This document shows positions 51,108 through 64,000 of a stretch of 64,000 bases of DNA, piece after piece; the first letter of the stretch is position 1, and every line of letters begins with the position of its first letter. Position numbers and translations under genes: made by a program. The DNA is from Paragordius varius (lineage: Eukaryota; Animalia; Nematomorpha). The stretch spans positions 2,914,001-2,978,000 of the forward strand of contig OZ176054.1 in the NCBI GenBank assembly GCA_964247055.1. The letters run 5' to 3'. The notes under the pieces are model-generated. The model made no database searches and was not told the DNA's origin. It saw only the letters and a list, made by a program, of their open reading frames with translations.

Positions 51108-54100
51108 TATAAATTTTCAAGCATGGTTTTTATACCAACAAAGGTTTGTCACATGTCCGAATATCGTTTGCCGTAATAAGACGAAAATTGGTAAATTAAT
51201 CATCATTCTAACACTGCTTCCAACATCGAGCGAAAAAATATCCTGATTATATATATATATATATATATATAGATATATATACATAGTTGTGATAGATGTA
51301 TCAGAATCATTATGGTGCTTTCAGTTTTAGCCCTTACAAGTGAGATAAGAAATTTATTAACACTTTTGTAATAACTGGTTCATATCAGAAATGGCAAACT
51401 TTGCACATACTTTTTAAAAAATAAATTTTTTTGAACCAATGCTGCATTTAAAATTATATTATTTATATCACAAAGTGCATATAAAAATCAAAACAAATTT
51501 TTTTGAATATTATTTTTAGATGTTAAAATAAAAAGTCCCAAATCTTTTTATAATTTAATCAATTTTTTTAAATAAACGCAAAAATGATTGATAAATAAAA
51601 AATTTTAATATGCTTACCAAAAAAACGATCTTTTGTTAAAAAATTATAGCAAAATTTGTTCGAGCGTACTTCATAAAATTAGGATGACAGGTTTTCCGTA
51701 TAATTTGATGATGTACTTCTGTCACTTATATTTATAGGCTCGTTTGCTTTAAATATGGGTAATTTTTTGTAAAATTATTTATAATTAATAAATTTTAGGA
51801 CAAATGGATTTAACATTTTGTTTAATATTGGGGTATCTAGTGACTCCAGGCTCTATCTAAGTTGATATTTTCAAAAACACTACTGACCGTTTAAATTTAA
51901 AGTTAGGCTTCTATCATAATAAAAATGTAAGAGATTTTTTTAATATATGCGAAATAGTTAAAAACCAAGATCTACACATTCAGCAGATATTCTATTATTT
52001 AAAAGAAATTTAGACATAGTCAACAATGAATGTTTCAAATCATTTTTAGAATTAGTTTATTGAATTTTCTATCATACATATAAAACGGCCTGTTGGTTAA
52101 AATATATCATATTTGATAGGCCCTTTTAGCCGTAAAGTTGGTAAATAACATATATTAAATATGGTTCTGCCCCTTCAAGCTGACTCAGTTTGTGGGGTAA
52201 ATGATAGATAAATATTCTTATTTTATCTTTAAAAATTGTGAAAATAATTTTTATACATTGGTAATTAAATAATAGCCATCTTTTCCTAATAATTTTACTA
52301 TTATTCTACAGATGTATTGAAATGATTAAATTTGAAAATCTTTTTGGTAGATTATAAACGCTCCAAAAAACTGGTTTATGGATAAACTTTAAGCGGACAA
52401 GGGACCTTATTTTTAATAATCGGGAAAATTAATGATTATATTAACTAAAAAGCGCTATTAGTTTAAAAGTTTATAAGATGGTCATTATAAAGAGGATAGA
52501 TTGTAGTCCCAATAAACATCATACAAAACGTTAAAATTTATGGTGACATTTGTTAAATATTGTTTTTTTAAATATTTACCGGAAATAAAAATCTCATTAC
52601 ACCATGTACCATTACTTAATGTTTACCCTTTTAAATTTTGTGATAATATAGCCACTTCGTTTAGTTTTTGGGAAAAATCTCGAGTCTAAAATATGTAATA
52701 AATTATAACTCTAATATAGGATTATCCAACATTAAATTTATATATATATATATATATATATAAAATCCTTTACAGTTTAGTATAATAGTCTTATATTTAC
52801 ATACCACTAAAATCAATTAAAAGATACAGCTGATTCTAAAGAAATAAAGATTTAAGCTCGGGTACAGATCTAAATTTAACTTGCTGTTGCGCGCAAAATT
52901 TATTTTTATCGCCAAATTACCAAATTTGTTTTTGTTATTCCACAATACTTATAGCCATAAGCAATTTCTTAAATTAATAATCAAATTAATTAAAAATAAA
53001 AGAAATTGTGTTTGATTTTATTTAATGATGACGTCAATGAAATGATAAGAAATATGTTTTTTTTTATATTTTAAGTATCATTAAATTAATTAATTAATAA
53101 AACAATTGAAATAAAGTATAAGAATCTTGGATTTTACAATATATATCCTTATTGAAAATGTACCCAGTATACCCGTAATTTTTCTATATTCAAAACAATT
53201 TTTTTTATTGTAAATGATGTTAGAATCGTCGTAAAATAACGCAAAAATAAAAATATAATTTATTAATTCTCAAATTTTCGCCATAGGCATCATCAGGAGA
53301 TTAGTTAAGAAAAATATATAAAATATAAGAAACTCTCGTCGTTACCCACTCAATTAATTTTTTTTATTATTTAAAATTCGTAAATTCATAAATGTTATAT
53401 TTTGGAATTGCATGTTAATTCACCCATTTTTTCTAAATAAAGCTATATTTAACAAGATAATTTGCCTTTATAATATAAATTTTCTCTGTTTGATAAGATT
53501 TTAGGAATTCAAACCCATAAGGACTTAAATTACAAGAATAATGTGTGACATAATTTCTCAGAAAACTATGATAATAGCTAATAAATAATTATATTAATAA
53601 TATTATAAAATATTTATTAAATATTTTAGGTAAAAACCCCAAGTGACTTTATATAAATTTATTTTTCTCACCGTAGTCAGGTCTAGTCTCTATTAGTATT
53701 AATTAATAATAATTATTATTTAAGAAATTTTATTTTCTCATGCATGCAGAGTGTCTTACGTAATTTTTTTTCAATTCCTTAGGGGAATCCACGTTAAAAA
53801 AAAATATTTAAATATTTTAATTTGATAAATAGGTGATGATGTAAAACTTTTTTCAAATTATATATAAATATTTTAATCAATTGGATTATTTTTATAATTA
53901 AGAATATATTTTTTATAAAATTTTTGCTTGCGTAATGATTTTTTCCTATAATAATATATTTTATGTTATTATTGTAAAAATAATAAATCAAAAAATATAT
54001 AAAAACAATAACAAATATATTATTGAATCATCTTTATAAAAATTTATTTCTAAAAATATTTTTTTTCCAAAAATTTCCATTACCTTTAAACATCCTCCCA

Positions 54101-54118
54101 TGCTCTCAAGTAATTATA

Positions 54119-54157
<39 letters not shown>

Positions 54158-54276
54158 CACAAAAAAATTATAAATTTTCATATTAACACTTAACTATATG
54201 GAAATGATAAATCATAATAATAATAATAATTGATTTTAATTAAAATTATATTTCTTATTTTTTAGAAATTTACGTT

Positions 54277-54280
<4 letters not shown>

Positions 54281-54312
<32 letters not shown>
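54281..54312. repeat. (TA)n microsatellite
   Basis: AT run; shorter runs at about 51249, 52739, 54127, 56001, 60314. Confidence 0.95.
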
Positions 54313-54316
<4 letters not shown>

Positions 54317-56750
54317 TTGGATTTCACCCTATTCTTGACATCCAATGTGCATTTTAAAAAAATTTTTTATAGCTACACTATAAAAAAATCAAATTAGTAT
54401 TCTGATAAAGATTGTTTTTGGCAAATTAATGATCCTGTGAATATAGGGATTATGCTTCTCTCAGATTCGCACTATGTTAAAATGGTTTAATTTTAAGTGA
54501 GTTTTTGATTATGAATTTCACCTTGAAAAGGGTGTTAAATTTTGTTGTTTCAATACTGGCTCCTCCCTATCTATAAATTTTATTATCCTTAATTTAAAAT
54601 TACTTATAAATAGGTGTGCTCAAAACTTTTTAAAACTTATTTTACAATTTATTTTGTCCTTAAATTTAAGTAAAATTTCAAGAGTTTTCTTATACTTGAT
54701 ATATATCGTTACCCTCCCTCCTTGAATTCTTCAATATTGATTGCAATTCAGTTTACAAATATCTCAGGTATACTACCTTTAAGGGCAACACACACACCAT
54801 TAAAGTCAAGTGCATATTTAATATAAAATTATTAATTAATTTTTGTGAATTTAAATTATTACTTAATTTTTGTGAATTTAATACATATATATATAAATAT
54901 ATATTAATATTTTTTCAAGTGTCAAGTTAACATTTACACACTTATTGTTAAGGACACGCGCCTAAATATAAAGTATTTTTTTAATTTAAGTTTATTTCCA
55001 TATTAATATTTTAATTTACAACTTACCTGCCTGGAAGTCCTATACACTTCTTTACAAAAAAGTATAAAAGGAGTTATGAGATACTTTAAAATATTATATT
55101 CGCATTTTGTCCATAAATTTTAGTTTATTTTCATTATTCCTAAAAGTATAAAAACTTTTTTTCAACAAAATATGGATAATATTTTTTAATATTCCAATAT
55201 TCACGACGAGTCTGATACAAAAAGTATAAATAATTTACCATTAAATTTTCAAATCCCCAAATTTTATAAGCTAATTTTAAATTGGTTATCTACTATAAAA
55301 ATTTTGTAGATATCTTTTATCATTTTTTTATTTCATTTATACATATTTCTTTTGTAAGAAATGGATATATTTTACGTAATCCATACTTAATTAGATATTC
55401 ATTAAAATACATATATAGTTATAAGAACAAGACAAAAAATTTTAACAAAAAAATTTAATTCCCTCTAAACTAAATAATAAATAAATATATTATTATGGTT
55501 TAATTAATTTTACATGCAAACAAACAGGTAAGCTTGTAAGTATTTTTGAAGATCTCATAAATATCAAAATTAACAATAGAAGAGCTTCTCTTTATGTCAT
55601 TCAACATATTTTTAATTACAACAAAAAATTAATTATTATTAAATAAGGAATTTTATTTTGCGTTATACGGGCGTTTTAATTGGTGAATTGATTAAAAATA
55701 ATGCATTTTGCTTAGTAAAATAATCTAATAACTTTTATTTATTATATTCTGAATTTTGCCAATTAAAATTTTCTTTACTTTTTCTTTTTTATATCAGGAT
55801 ATTACGAACACGCATGTATATTATTTAATGAAAGGATTATTTTTATGGAGAATTTTGTTTATAAATTATCAAAAATGTACGGATTTTTTTTACACCGACC
55901 ATATAATATATTATAAAATAAAATTAATTCATATTACAATATGTAGCGTTTTTATTGACCTTAACACCTTTAAATAAGACTTATATTTATAATTTTCCTA
56001 TATATATATATATATATATATATATGGTGCCCTTGACCTTTCTAAACTCTATTAATATACATATATCTATATATATAAATGGTTACTAAAAATAAGGATA
56101 TTTTTGTGACAAAAATTTTCTATAAAGATGTATTGTGTCTTTTTCTTAAACAGATTAACTCAACTCCCCAACCTATATGTCATATAAACTAATTTACGGG
56201 GTCAACACTGATTTTTTACTGGTAGTATGAGTTTCTTAAATAAATATTTTTTTGATTTCTTGCCATGTAACAATTATTTACAAATTAATATATAGTTACA
56301 AGCAATAATAATAGGTTTTGAGGTCATTTTATGATGAATATACCCTACTTATGTAACGGAGATGAAAAACAACTTTTTGTTGCAAATTTTTTCGTATTTT
56401 ATCTTAGCATTACATGGGTCTCTAAGCTGAAATTCGACCGGCTAATTTGCTACGATTGCACCATTTAAACAAATATTATATCAGGATGTAATTATATATA
56501 TATATATATTTATAATGCTCTTTTACATTCTACTAATGTTATCAATTGATTACGGGGTTTTTAAAAATATAAGCTATTTCGGTTGACTTATAAAACCGGG
56601 TAATTTTGGCCCAAAATTGATTATTTAGTATTGTTGGATGGAGGCATTTGAAATCATACCAAAACCGGATAAACTCATTTTGTAGTGTCGATTGATCTTG
56701 ATTTTATTATTGTTGACATAGGTTTGGGTAGCTTACTTTTGTCTGTATGG

Positions 56751-57264
56751 GTAAGTTGTGTACATAGTAATGTAAATTTTTGATTCGATCTATATTTAAA
56801 ATAGTAAGTAATTTGCCAAACGAAATTTGGTAAAAAAAATATTTTGAAAAAAAAAATTATATATTTTGTCTCATACATCATGTTTATTTGATCACAGTCA
56901 GGTTCAAAATAACCTTTTAATATTTTTTTAGTTATTGTTTGCTACTATTTTTTTTTCATTTGTTTAACAAGTTTTTTTTTGGTAGATGATATCAATTTGC
57001 ATCACAAAATCCTTATTACCCTGTAATTATTGAAGAAAGCCATCCGCCTTTCGAGATGAGATTTATTCATTTACAAAATTATTTTACAACATTAGAAATG
57101 ATTGTGATAAACCAAATATTTCAATTAACTGATTTTGATACGAGACATTGCTCAACTATGGTACTACGTTTTCTTTAATATTTATTTGAAAATAAAAAAA
57201 TACCAAAAAATATGACAATTTTTAATAATTAATATCTGACTGTCACCCATCATTCATTCCTCAG
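56751..57264 (+). other. Putative 5'-UTR intron of the insulin-like gene
   Basis: Strong donor GG|GTAAGT at 56751 and acceptor TTCATTCCTCAG| at 57264, 22 nt before the ATG; a 5'-UTR intron is the classical insulin gene arrangement. Pairing of these two sites is inferred. Confidence 0.45.
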
Positions 57265-57286
57265 CAAAAAAATTTACGGGAAAAAC

Positions 57287-58698
57287 ATGATTAAAAGTTT
57301 GAGGCCAAACACATTTTTTGCCCATTTATGTACAACATCAATTTTTATTTTCTTAACATTCCACATGGCTAATAAAATATTAATCACTTCTATACATTGC
57401 CACAACACGGTTTCCGAAAATATTGGTGATAATGATAAATATATCTTTGAAAAATATTTAAGGCATCACCATAAACTGTATGAAAAAACAAAAACTACTG
57501 ATCGTAAAAACAACAAAGGCAGGTATATTTCCTCAAACCTTGAATGGTTTAATCAAAATACACCGAGCCTGAAAACGTCAGATAAAAAACTAGTTAGCGA
57601 AGGAAAAATATTTAATTTTCCAGTTATTTCAAGAGGTTTACGTAAACGGAGAAGTCCACAAAACCGTCGTAATTTACTCCGACAACGGCCTTTAAATGAT
57701 TTTTTATATTATGATGATGTAGGTTATTCAAATGAAGAACCGTACTCATTATCATATTATCAAGCATTTGATAGTATACGAACACACCCTAAACTATTTT
57801 CTAAACTCATTTCACCCAATGCCAAGTTTAATCCTCCGTCAGCACCATTCATATCTAGTCTGAAAAATTCTGAAGAACATTCACTAATGACCAAAGACAA
57901 TGAAAATAATTATAAGAATAAAAGAAGCCACATCACACCAAATGGTAACAAAGGTAGCGAAAAACCGCCCAATACAAAATTGAATGATTTGCCTGTAGCT
58001 TTAGGGGAAGATCAAAAAAGCATTCTAAATCAATACATGACTATAATGGGAACGCGAAAAAAGTATTGTGGTAACGTACTTATCGATATGTTACAAAAAT
58101 TGTGTGCAAGCAATTACAATGATAAGATTCAAAATACGGCCGCTAGAATCCAGCATAACCGATACAAACGGAGTTTCCGAAGTAAAATAAATATTTTGTT
58201 TTTTTATATGTTTTTAGTTATAAACCATAAAAATAAATTCTGCTATTTTGTCGTTTCACTTTTTCGTTTTAAGCTTTTCAACTTACCGTTACTAATCATG
58301 CTTACTTTATAGATTACATCGTAAGTCCGGACAATGGGGAAGACGATATAGTTATAGCTGATATAAATGCGGATGATAATTCCAATACAAATGTTAATAA
58401 TGGAAATGAAATCATTATTGAAGATTTTGACGAAGATGCCATACACACTCAAAATGGATATAGCAGTAGTCTAGATCTAAATGGGACAGGATCAAATTCT
58501 GCTTTAGCCAATAACATAGTTACTGAATGTTGTCAAAAAGAATGTACCATATTTCAACTCACGGCTTATTGCAAGGCTACTGCCATGCCTGATACAAATA
58601 TTGTTTTAAATAATCAAAAGAACCGTAGTGGAGGAAATGGACAAAATTTAGGAAATTTTTTATTCACCCTTAAAAAGTTGATTAATAATTCGGCATAA
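57287..58698 (+). CDS. Insulin/IGF-family peptide precursor with very long N-terminal pro-region, 2 coding exons, 426 aa
   Basis: Exons 57287-58181 and 58313-58698 (phase-1 GT-AG intron in the C-domain). B-chain YCGNVLIDMLQKLC (C261-x11-C273); A-chain NIVTECCQKECTIFQLTAYC (C371,C372-x3-C376-x8-C385); N-terminal hydrophobic segment; RYKR site at 292-295. Confidence 0.9.
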
Positions 58699-61559
58699 AT
58701 GTTTTTTTTGAAAAAGAGAAAAGTTTCACACATTCTCAAAAGAGAACTTATGAATAGATTAAAATATTCGCTAATTTCTACTTATTCAATATACTGAAGA
58801 TCTCTAAATATATTATTTTCTTTTAAATAACAATACATTCCGTAACCAGGTACATAAAAACTTTTTATCCAACATGAATAGAAAAAGTATTATTTTTTAT
58901 TCGTCTATGTGGCAAAATACAGGGAACCAATGAATTCTCAAACTGATTTTGTAAATATTTTATGATTCATATATTCACCCTTTTTATTTTATAAAATGTT
59001 AATGAATGTATACAATTATAGACATTTATTTATTTACTCAATTTTATTTTAGAAAATCCGATTTATTAATATATTTTCCTTAATTAGCACAAATTTATAC
59101 ACCATTTCAATGTCTTACATCTTCAATAATTAATTAGGCCCACATGCGAAATCTTAATTTATTTGTACCTCTGTTTAATAAATAACGTGATCATTTATTT
59201 ATTAATGCTATATTTAATTGCAAGTCGTCTGCGTTTTATTGCGATAATTATTGATATACTACCCAATTATTTATGGCACAGGATTGATCTATGAATGCAT
59301 AAAATTTGCGAATTTTTGATTTCGGCTATAAAATTACATAATATGAGTAATATCACAGGTATTGGTTGGGCTTTGCCGGCTAGAAAATAAAAACCGATAG
59401 GATTGCATATATATGCAGTCATACTTTGTCATTTTAAGCAGTTGTATTACAAATTATAAAATTTTGATACTCATAGATTTTGTTTTAATAGTATATATTT
59501 GAAAATATTACAGTTAATGCAAATCAAAAAAATCGAAACTTCACCAGTTATATTTGATTTCTAAAGCATGTGAAAATCACAAATTATAGAAATTACACCA
59601 TATTTAATTTTTAAAGCATGTGAAAAACACGTGTGTTTTTACTAGTTTTTCGATCAAAAGCCGTGAATGCATTCATTACTGGTAAACAATCTTAATTAAA
59701 CTTATTGAGGGTTTTAAGGTTAGATGATTGAGAAATTTATTAAATAAGTTCCATTGTTTGAAATTCTTAAATTTTTATCATTATTTTTAAATTTTTACAT
59801 AATTTTATGCAATCAATGCTTTTGCAATCTTAACTTTAAATAATTATATCCCTATATAAAAACAATTAAATTTTCATATATCACAAAATCGATGTTAACG
59901 CAAATATTGTAACTAGTTTTAGAAAAATATTAATTTTGCTAACTAATTGTTTTCAAAATTATATTATTAGATAGTGAAGTTCATAGACATGTTATTGGAA
60001 ACGATAAAATGTCAATAATAGTTTAAAAAACCAATTTTAACAACCGTTAAAGATATTTTGTTAAATAGCTTTTTTAAGGTTACAAAACTGCTAAAAATAC
60101 TATTTAAAATTTAGTTACATGATAAGTCAAATTCTAAATTTAAACTTGAAATAGTAATGATGTTTCTCCCATAAATAATTTCGGAAAGAATATAGCGTAA
60201 AAATAATTGTAACCCCGTCACGCGTGGTAAACTGTGTTAAAATAATTTATTTATATAAATACGATTTTACAATACTTAAAATGTCTCCATGCGAATAAGC
60301 CGATTCAATATCATATATATATATATATATATTATATAATGAAAAAAATATTTTGCTTTTACTCCTTGTATAATGAGGCATTGATAATTTTTAAGTCAAA
60401 CTCAAAATTATCCCATTCTTTACTAAAAACACTTGAGCTATTCTCTTTATATATAATGCCGGCTGAGAAGATTCATATTTACATAGCTCTTAATAAAAAT
60501 ATATTTATGCGATTTCATTACATATTTATAACCAGCAGTATTGACTAAAATCCACGGACCATTCGGCCTGAACATATTTTAAAAACAATTTTTATAAGTA
60601 TCCATATTATACCCTTTATCTTGAGAACATTTTTTGTAATTTGATTGGCAGTTTTCTCATTTCCACCACTATGAGAGTTTGCTACCCACAAAATAATCCA
60701 AAAAAACGGTTAATCATAATAAAAAACTAAATAAAATATTACTTATATTAATTATAAAAATTAACATCTGCGCAAACAAAATAACTTTTGAATTAAATGG
60801 CCTTAAGATTCTCAAAAAAATGCCGTAAAACTTATCTGCCTGTTCGCACCTCTGAGCAGGGCTAGATTAACGAGAAAAGGAGCTAATTAATGTTAGTCAT
60901 TGACAAATTTATAATCGGCCTCTTGGATTGTTCCCAGAAAAAATTCTCTGTGTTATCATCAAATATTGCAACTACTTAACACAATAATCAGCGCCTCTGT
61001 TTTTACCATAGTTTATCTGCCAGCGTATTATTTGAGAAGGGTCAAATTATCTTCGTATTAAAACTTTTGTCATATATAGCGGCATGTTCCTAAACTTAAC
61101 TGCATCTTTAGCCAATTTCACTAATACTACTGAAAATAACCTAAATCGAAAATTTTAAAGTAAAAGATTTAAAAATAAATAAGCGAATCTAAATTATGGT
61201 AAAAGGTGTTAAGATGATAACAGTTTCTTGCAAATTCATAATAAATCTACATATTATTTGGTGTCCAAGTTTTACTATACTATCCTATTGTGTTCATATA
61301 CATATTAAATATGTGAAAGGTATTTACTTATTGATTTAATGTTAGCACCAATTAATTGTATCAAGGTCAAATTGTTTACATTTTATCTTATGTACCCAAA
61401 CGATATATCCCCACTTTGTCGCCTAATATACCATATTAGATTTACAATTATAGAGGATGATATCAATATTGTAAAATTGGTCAAACAATTTACGTCATCA
61501 ATAAAGCTACCTTATTGTCTTTAGTTTTTGCCACAATTGATATTTAACTCAGAAATCAG

Positions 61560-62120
61560 TATAAAAACTTAGATGGACAACTCAACCTTTAATGGGATAA
61601 ACACTTGGGAAAAACTTAGGTCATCATTAGTCGCATAAAAATTTAATAAATTCTTTTCAATATTTTATGGAGAGAAATATTAGCGGGTTTGCTTGTAATT
61701 TGCTAAAGACTCATATTAGACCAATTCATGTTTTTACAGTAAGTATACAATGGTTTCGTTTACATTATGATCAAAGTTGGTACCAAATATATTTAAAAAG
61801 GATGAAATTTAATGGTTATTCACATTTCGATGGAAAAGAATTTGAAATAATAAATGCTATGGTTTGATAGTTCCCTTATAATCCCGCCCTCACCTCCAAA
61901 AAATTGTGATAAAAATCACTAAAATTGTCAAGAAAGTCAACGTAACTTACTATTATTCTGGAAAATTTTCGTCGTAATTTGCATCGTCGCATCTTTTTGT
62001 AAAATCCACGAATTCTGTCCAACATTTTTGACGAACTAAAAAATCTTGTTATTACGATTCAATGTCACAGTGAAGGAAATCTGGCGTCACAACAATTATT
62101 CTGAATAGATATAATGTGAT
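61560..62120 (-). mobile_element. Possible Buster-family hAT transposase C-terminal relic
   Basis: Broken minus frames give VTLNRNNKIF...MLDRIRGFYKKM and FLCD...FPSVYPIK, resembling Buster LNLxLQG..NIF.M.DKI.AF.KKL and YLCE..FS....IK; heavily decayed. Confidence 0.33.
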
Positions 62121-63258
62121 AAATATTGAACCAACATCCGATGACATTTTTGAGGCTTACTCCTCTTTTAAAAAGTTTTATCAAATCTCACTTAATTTTC
62201 ATATTAAAAAGGTTCGCAAATTTAGCCCACGTTATGTTAAATTTAATTTTTGGCAAAGGTCGAAAACTTAAATCAAATCTCTTTATTTAAATATATATTA
62301 TGAATTTTATTTGAATGATTAGTTATTTTATAGGGAGGACCAAAAACCGTTTAAAGTCATGTTAGAAATAATTAGTCCTTTATATAAACACAAAAAGCCA
62401 ACAATGCGCCATGGTAATTATATACTTGATTGCGATAAAATCAATTTTAAAAGCGTACATTTTAAATTATGTTAAGGCATTTTACCGCACCAAAACGGTG
62501 TGAAACACTTTTTTAAATTAGATTGCTCAAAATCTCTTTAGATAGATTAAATTTTTTAATAAGTATTTCGGTTAATCCACACAATTGGATACAAGCGAAA
62601 AGCTACTATAGCTTTGGGGCAGATTTTGGGAAAACTAGGCCATTTCGACTTTATTGATGGTTATTTATAATTGTTTACGCATGTTTTTTTTGAATAAGCT
62701 GCTAGATTTGGCTTGCTCATAATCAAAAGGCAAAATTGATTATCTTACAAAAAAATTCTTTAAGAATCCTAACCATTAATACCCAAGATAAAGGTTGATT
62801 TACAGATTTATAAGGCAGAATGCGTGCGAAAATAATTTTCCAAAAGTCACTTTCCAGAAAATTATGAAAACCTTACTCGTGATTGCGATCTGGGTGTCTG
62901 ATATAAATATATCTAACATTGAACAAATTATGTTAAAAATTTATTAATAGATAAATGCACGGAGATACATTTGATAAAATGCCTTTGAGATTATCTTTAT
63001 ATTAAATGAATGTATATAAATGTTTTTTCACATAAAGGAGGGGCAATATCAATTTTAACTAGATAAATATATCAAGTAATAGATAAACCAAACCAAATTG
63101 TCATATCTTGACAACGAATATGTAATTAAAATACTTTTTTATATGTTAAAAATCAGTTAAAAACAATTCTTAACCATTCTTTATGTAATATTAATTATCA
63201 CGTTTTCCAAATTTTTTGAGAATCATTAAATGTTAGTGTCCTTAGTAAATTGGAAAGA

Positions 63259-63583
63259 CTATGCGTTTGGATAAGCTGTTTTATCGAGATCATCGAAATA
63301 GGGGTGATTTATGGCACTTTTTGCAGTTATCCGTGAAACGGGATTATATAATAGAGTTTTCTAAATAAAAATTATACATCAACATATTAATTCTAAAAAA
63401 ATATAATTAATTCCTTTTAGTAGTTAATTAATAGTTTTTACTGCTAATAAATCTTTTCCAGAATCTTCGATTGGTTTTAACAATTCATTCAAACTGTTTG
63501 ATTTCCAATTTGGAAAAGTCATTTTATAATCCGGAAGATTGGTTACTCCCTTCCATGTACTTTCCGTCGGCGTAGATAATATT
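63259..63583 (-). CDS. CDK1: CDK1-like cyclin-dependent kinase, last two exons (5' part lies beyond the window)
   Basis: Exons 63583-63442 and 63360-63259 (81-nt intron): [80 protein letters not shown]. The kinase C-lobe is closer to CDK1 than CDK2; not in the ORF track. Confidence 0.8.
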
Positions 63584-64000
63584 CTACAAAAAAACAATAT
63601 TTAGTACCGGCTGATATCAGAACACATATGATTCTTGTGTATTCCAAAAGAATTAGTTTTTTCAACGGCTTTAAAACCATAAAATAATAAATACTATTTT
63701 ATTTATTAATAATGTTTTTTCTAACTAAATTTTTTAGGACAGAGAAAATTAGTACGAAACAATATAATTCTGTATTTTGGCTATTAGGGTGTCTCTAAAT
63801 ATATAAACCAAAACCATTTGTACCGGAATCCTTTTTTGTAAAAAAACATGGAACCGAAAAAACGGTTTTAATTTTAATCTCTGGTTTTCTCTTAATTTAT
63901 TGTTAAAATATTTGAGTTTTATCAAGCTTTTATGCGGCTTCAGTAAAATATTTGACATCTTTAAACTAGTTAAAATTTGATATAATCTTACAATACTTCA

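Noticed and set aside
56362-56430. 22-aa signal-peptide-like sORF MKNNFLLQIFSYFILALHGSLS upstream of the insulin-like gene
   Set aside because: Ends in a stop, no splice route keeps it open, and hydrophobic sORFs arise easily by chance in T-rich DNA.
17404-58452. ORF-track entries antisense to real exons (17404-17610, 18623-18808, 21855-22142, 29166-29351, 33448-33732, 34836-35057, 37936-38202, 41270-41485, 58243-58452 and similar)
   Set aside because: They are shadows of MRPS5, NELFA, POLRMT or insulin-like exons on the other strand and show no family motifs.
60880-61130. Minus-strand fragment IRWQINYGK...RIFSGNNPRGR resembling an RTE 3' end
   Set aside because: Similarity is too weak and short to call.
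1-64000. CRISPR array, rRNA, tRNA or prokaryotic operon
   Set aside because: No regularly spaced repeat-spacer units and no recognisable rRNA or tRNA sequence; the dispersed repeats are MITEs with TIRs/TSDs and the genes are spliceosomal.

Overview
Very AT-rich (about one quarter GC by eye), intron-containing animal genomic DNA. The gene content (NELF-A, an insulin-family peptide, a FucTA-type core alpha-1,3-fucosyltransferase) points to an invertebrate, probably protostome, lineage; the species cannot be fixed from sequence alone. Splicing GT-AG exons by hand and checking phase continuity gives eight protein-coding genes: an F-box protein with a divergent WD40-like C-terminus (-, 261-7145), a GT10 alpha-1,3-fucosyltransferase (+, 10407-16891), mitochondrial ribosomal protein MRPS5 (-, 17460-24243) head-to-head with NELFA (+, 24322-29330) across only 78 bp, DNAJC12 (+, 31206-31705; absent from the ORF track), mitochondrial RNA polymerase POLRMT (-, 31987 to about 51107, about 35 exons), an insulin/IGF-family precursor with a very long N-terminal pro-region (+, 57287-58698), and the last two exons of a CDK1-like kinase (-, 63259-63583; rest outside the window). 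Introns and intergenic DNA carry at least six MITE/non-autonomous DNA transposon families (Tc1/mariner-type TA TSD, hAT-type 8-bp TSD, piggyBac-type TTAA TSD, foldback-like), including a three-level nested insertion, plus decayed RTE-clade LINE fragments and (TA)n microsatellites. The standout observations are the 426-aa insulin-like precursor and a set of 23-32 nt spliceosomal introns confined to the 5' ends of coding regions. No rRNA, tRNA or CRISPR array was seen. Homolog comparisons are from remembered family sequences, not database searches.
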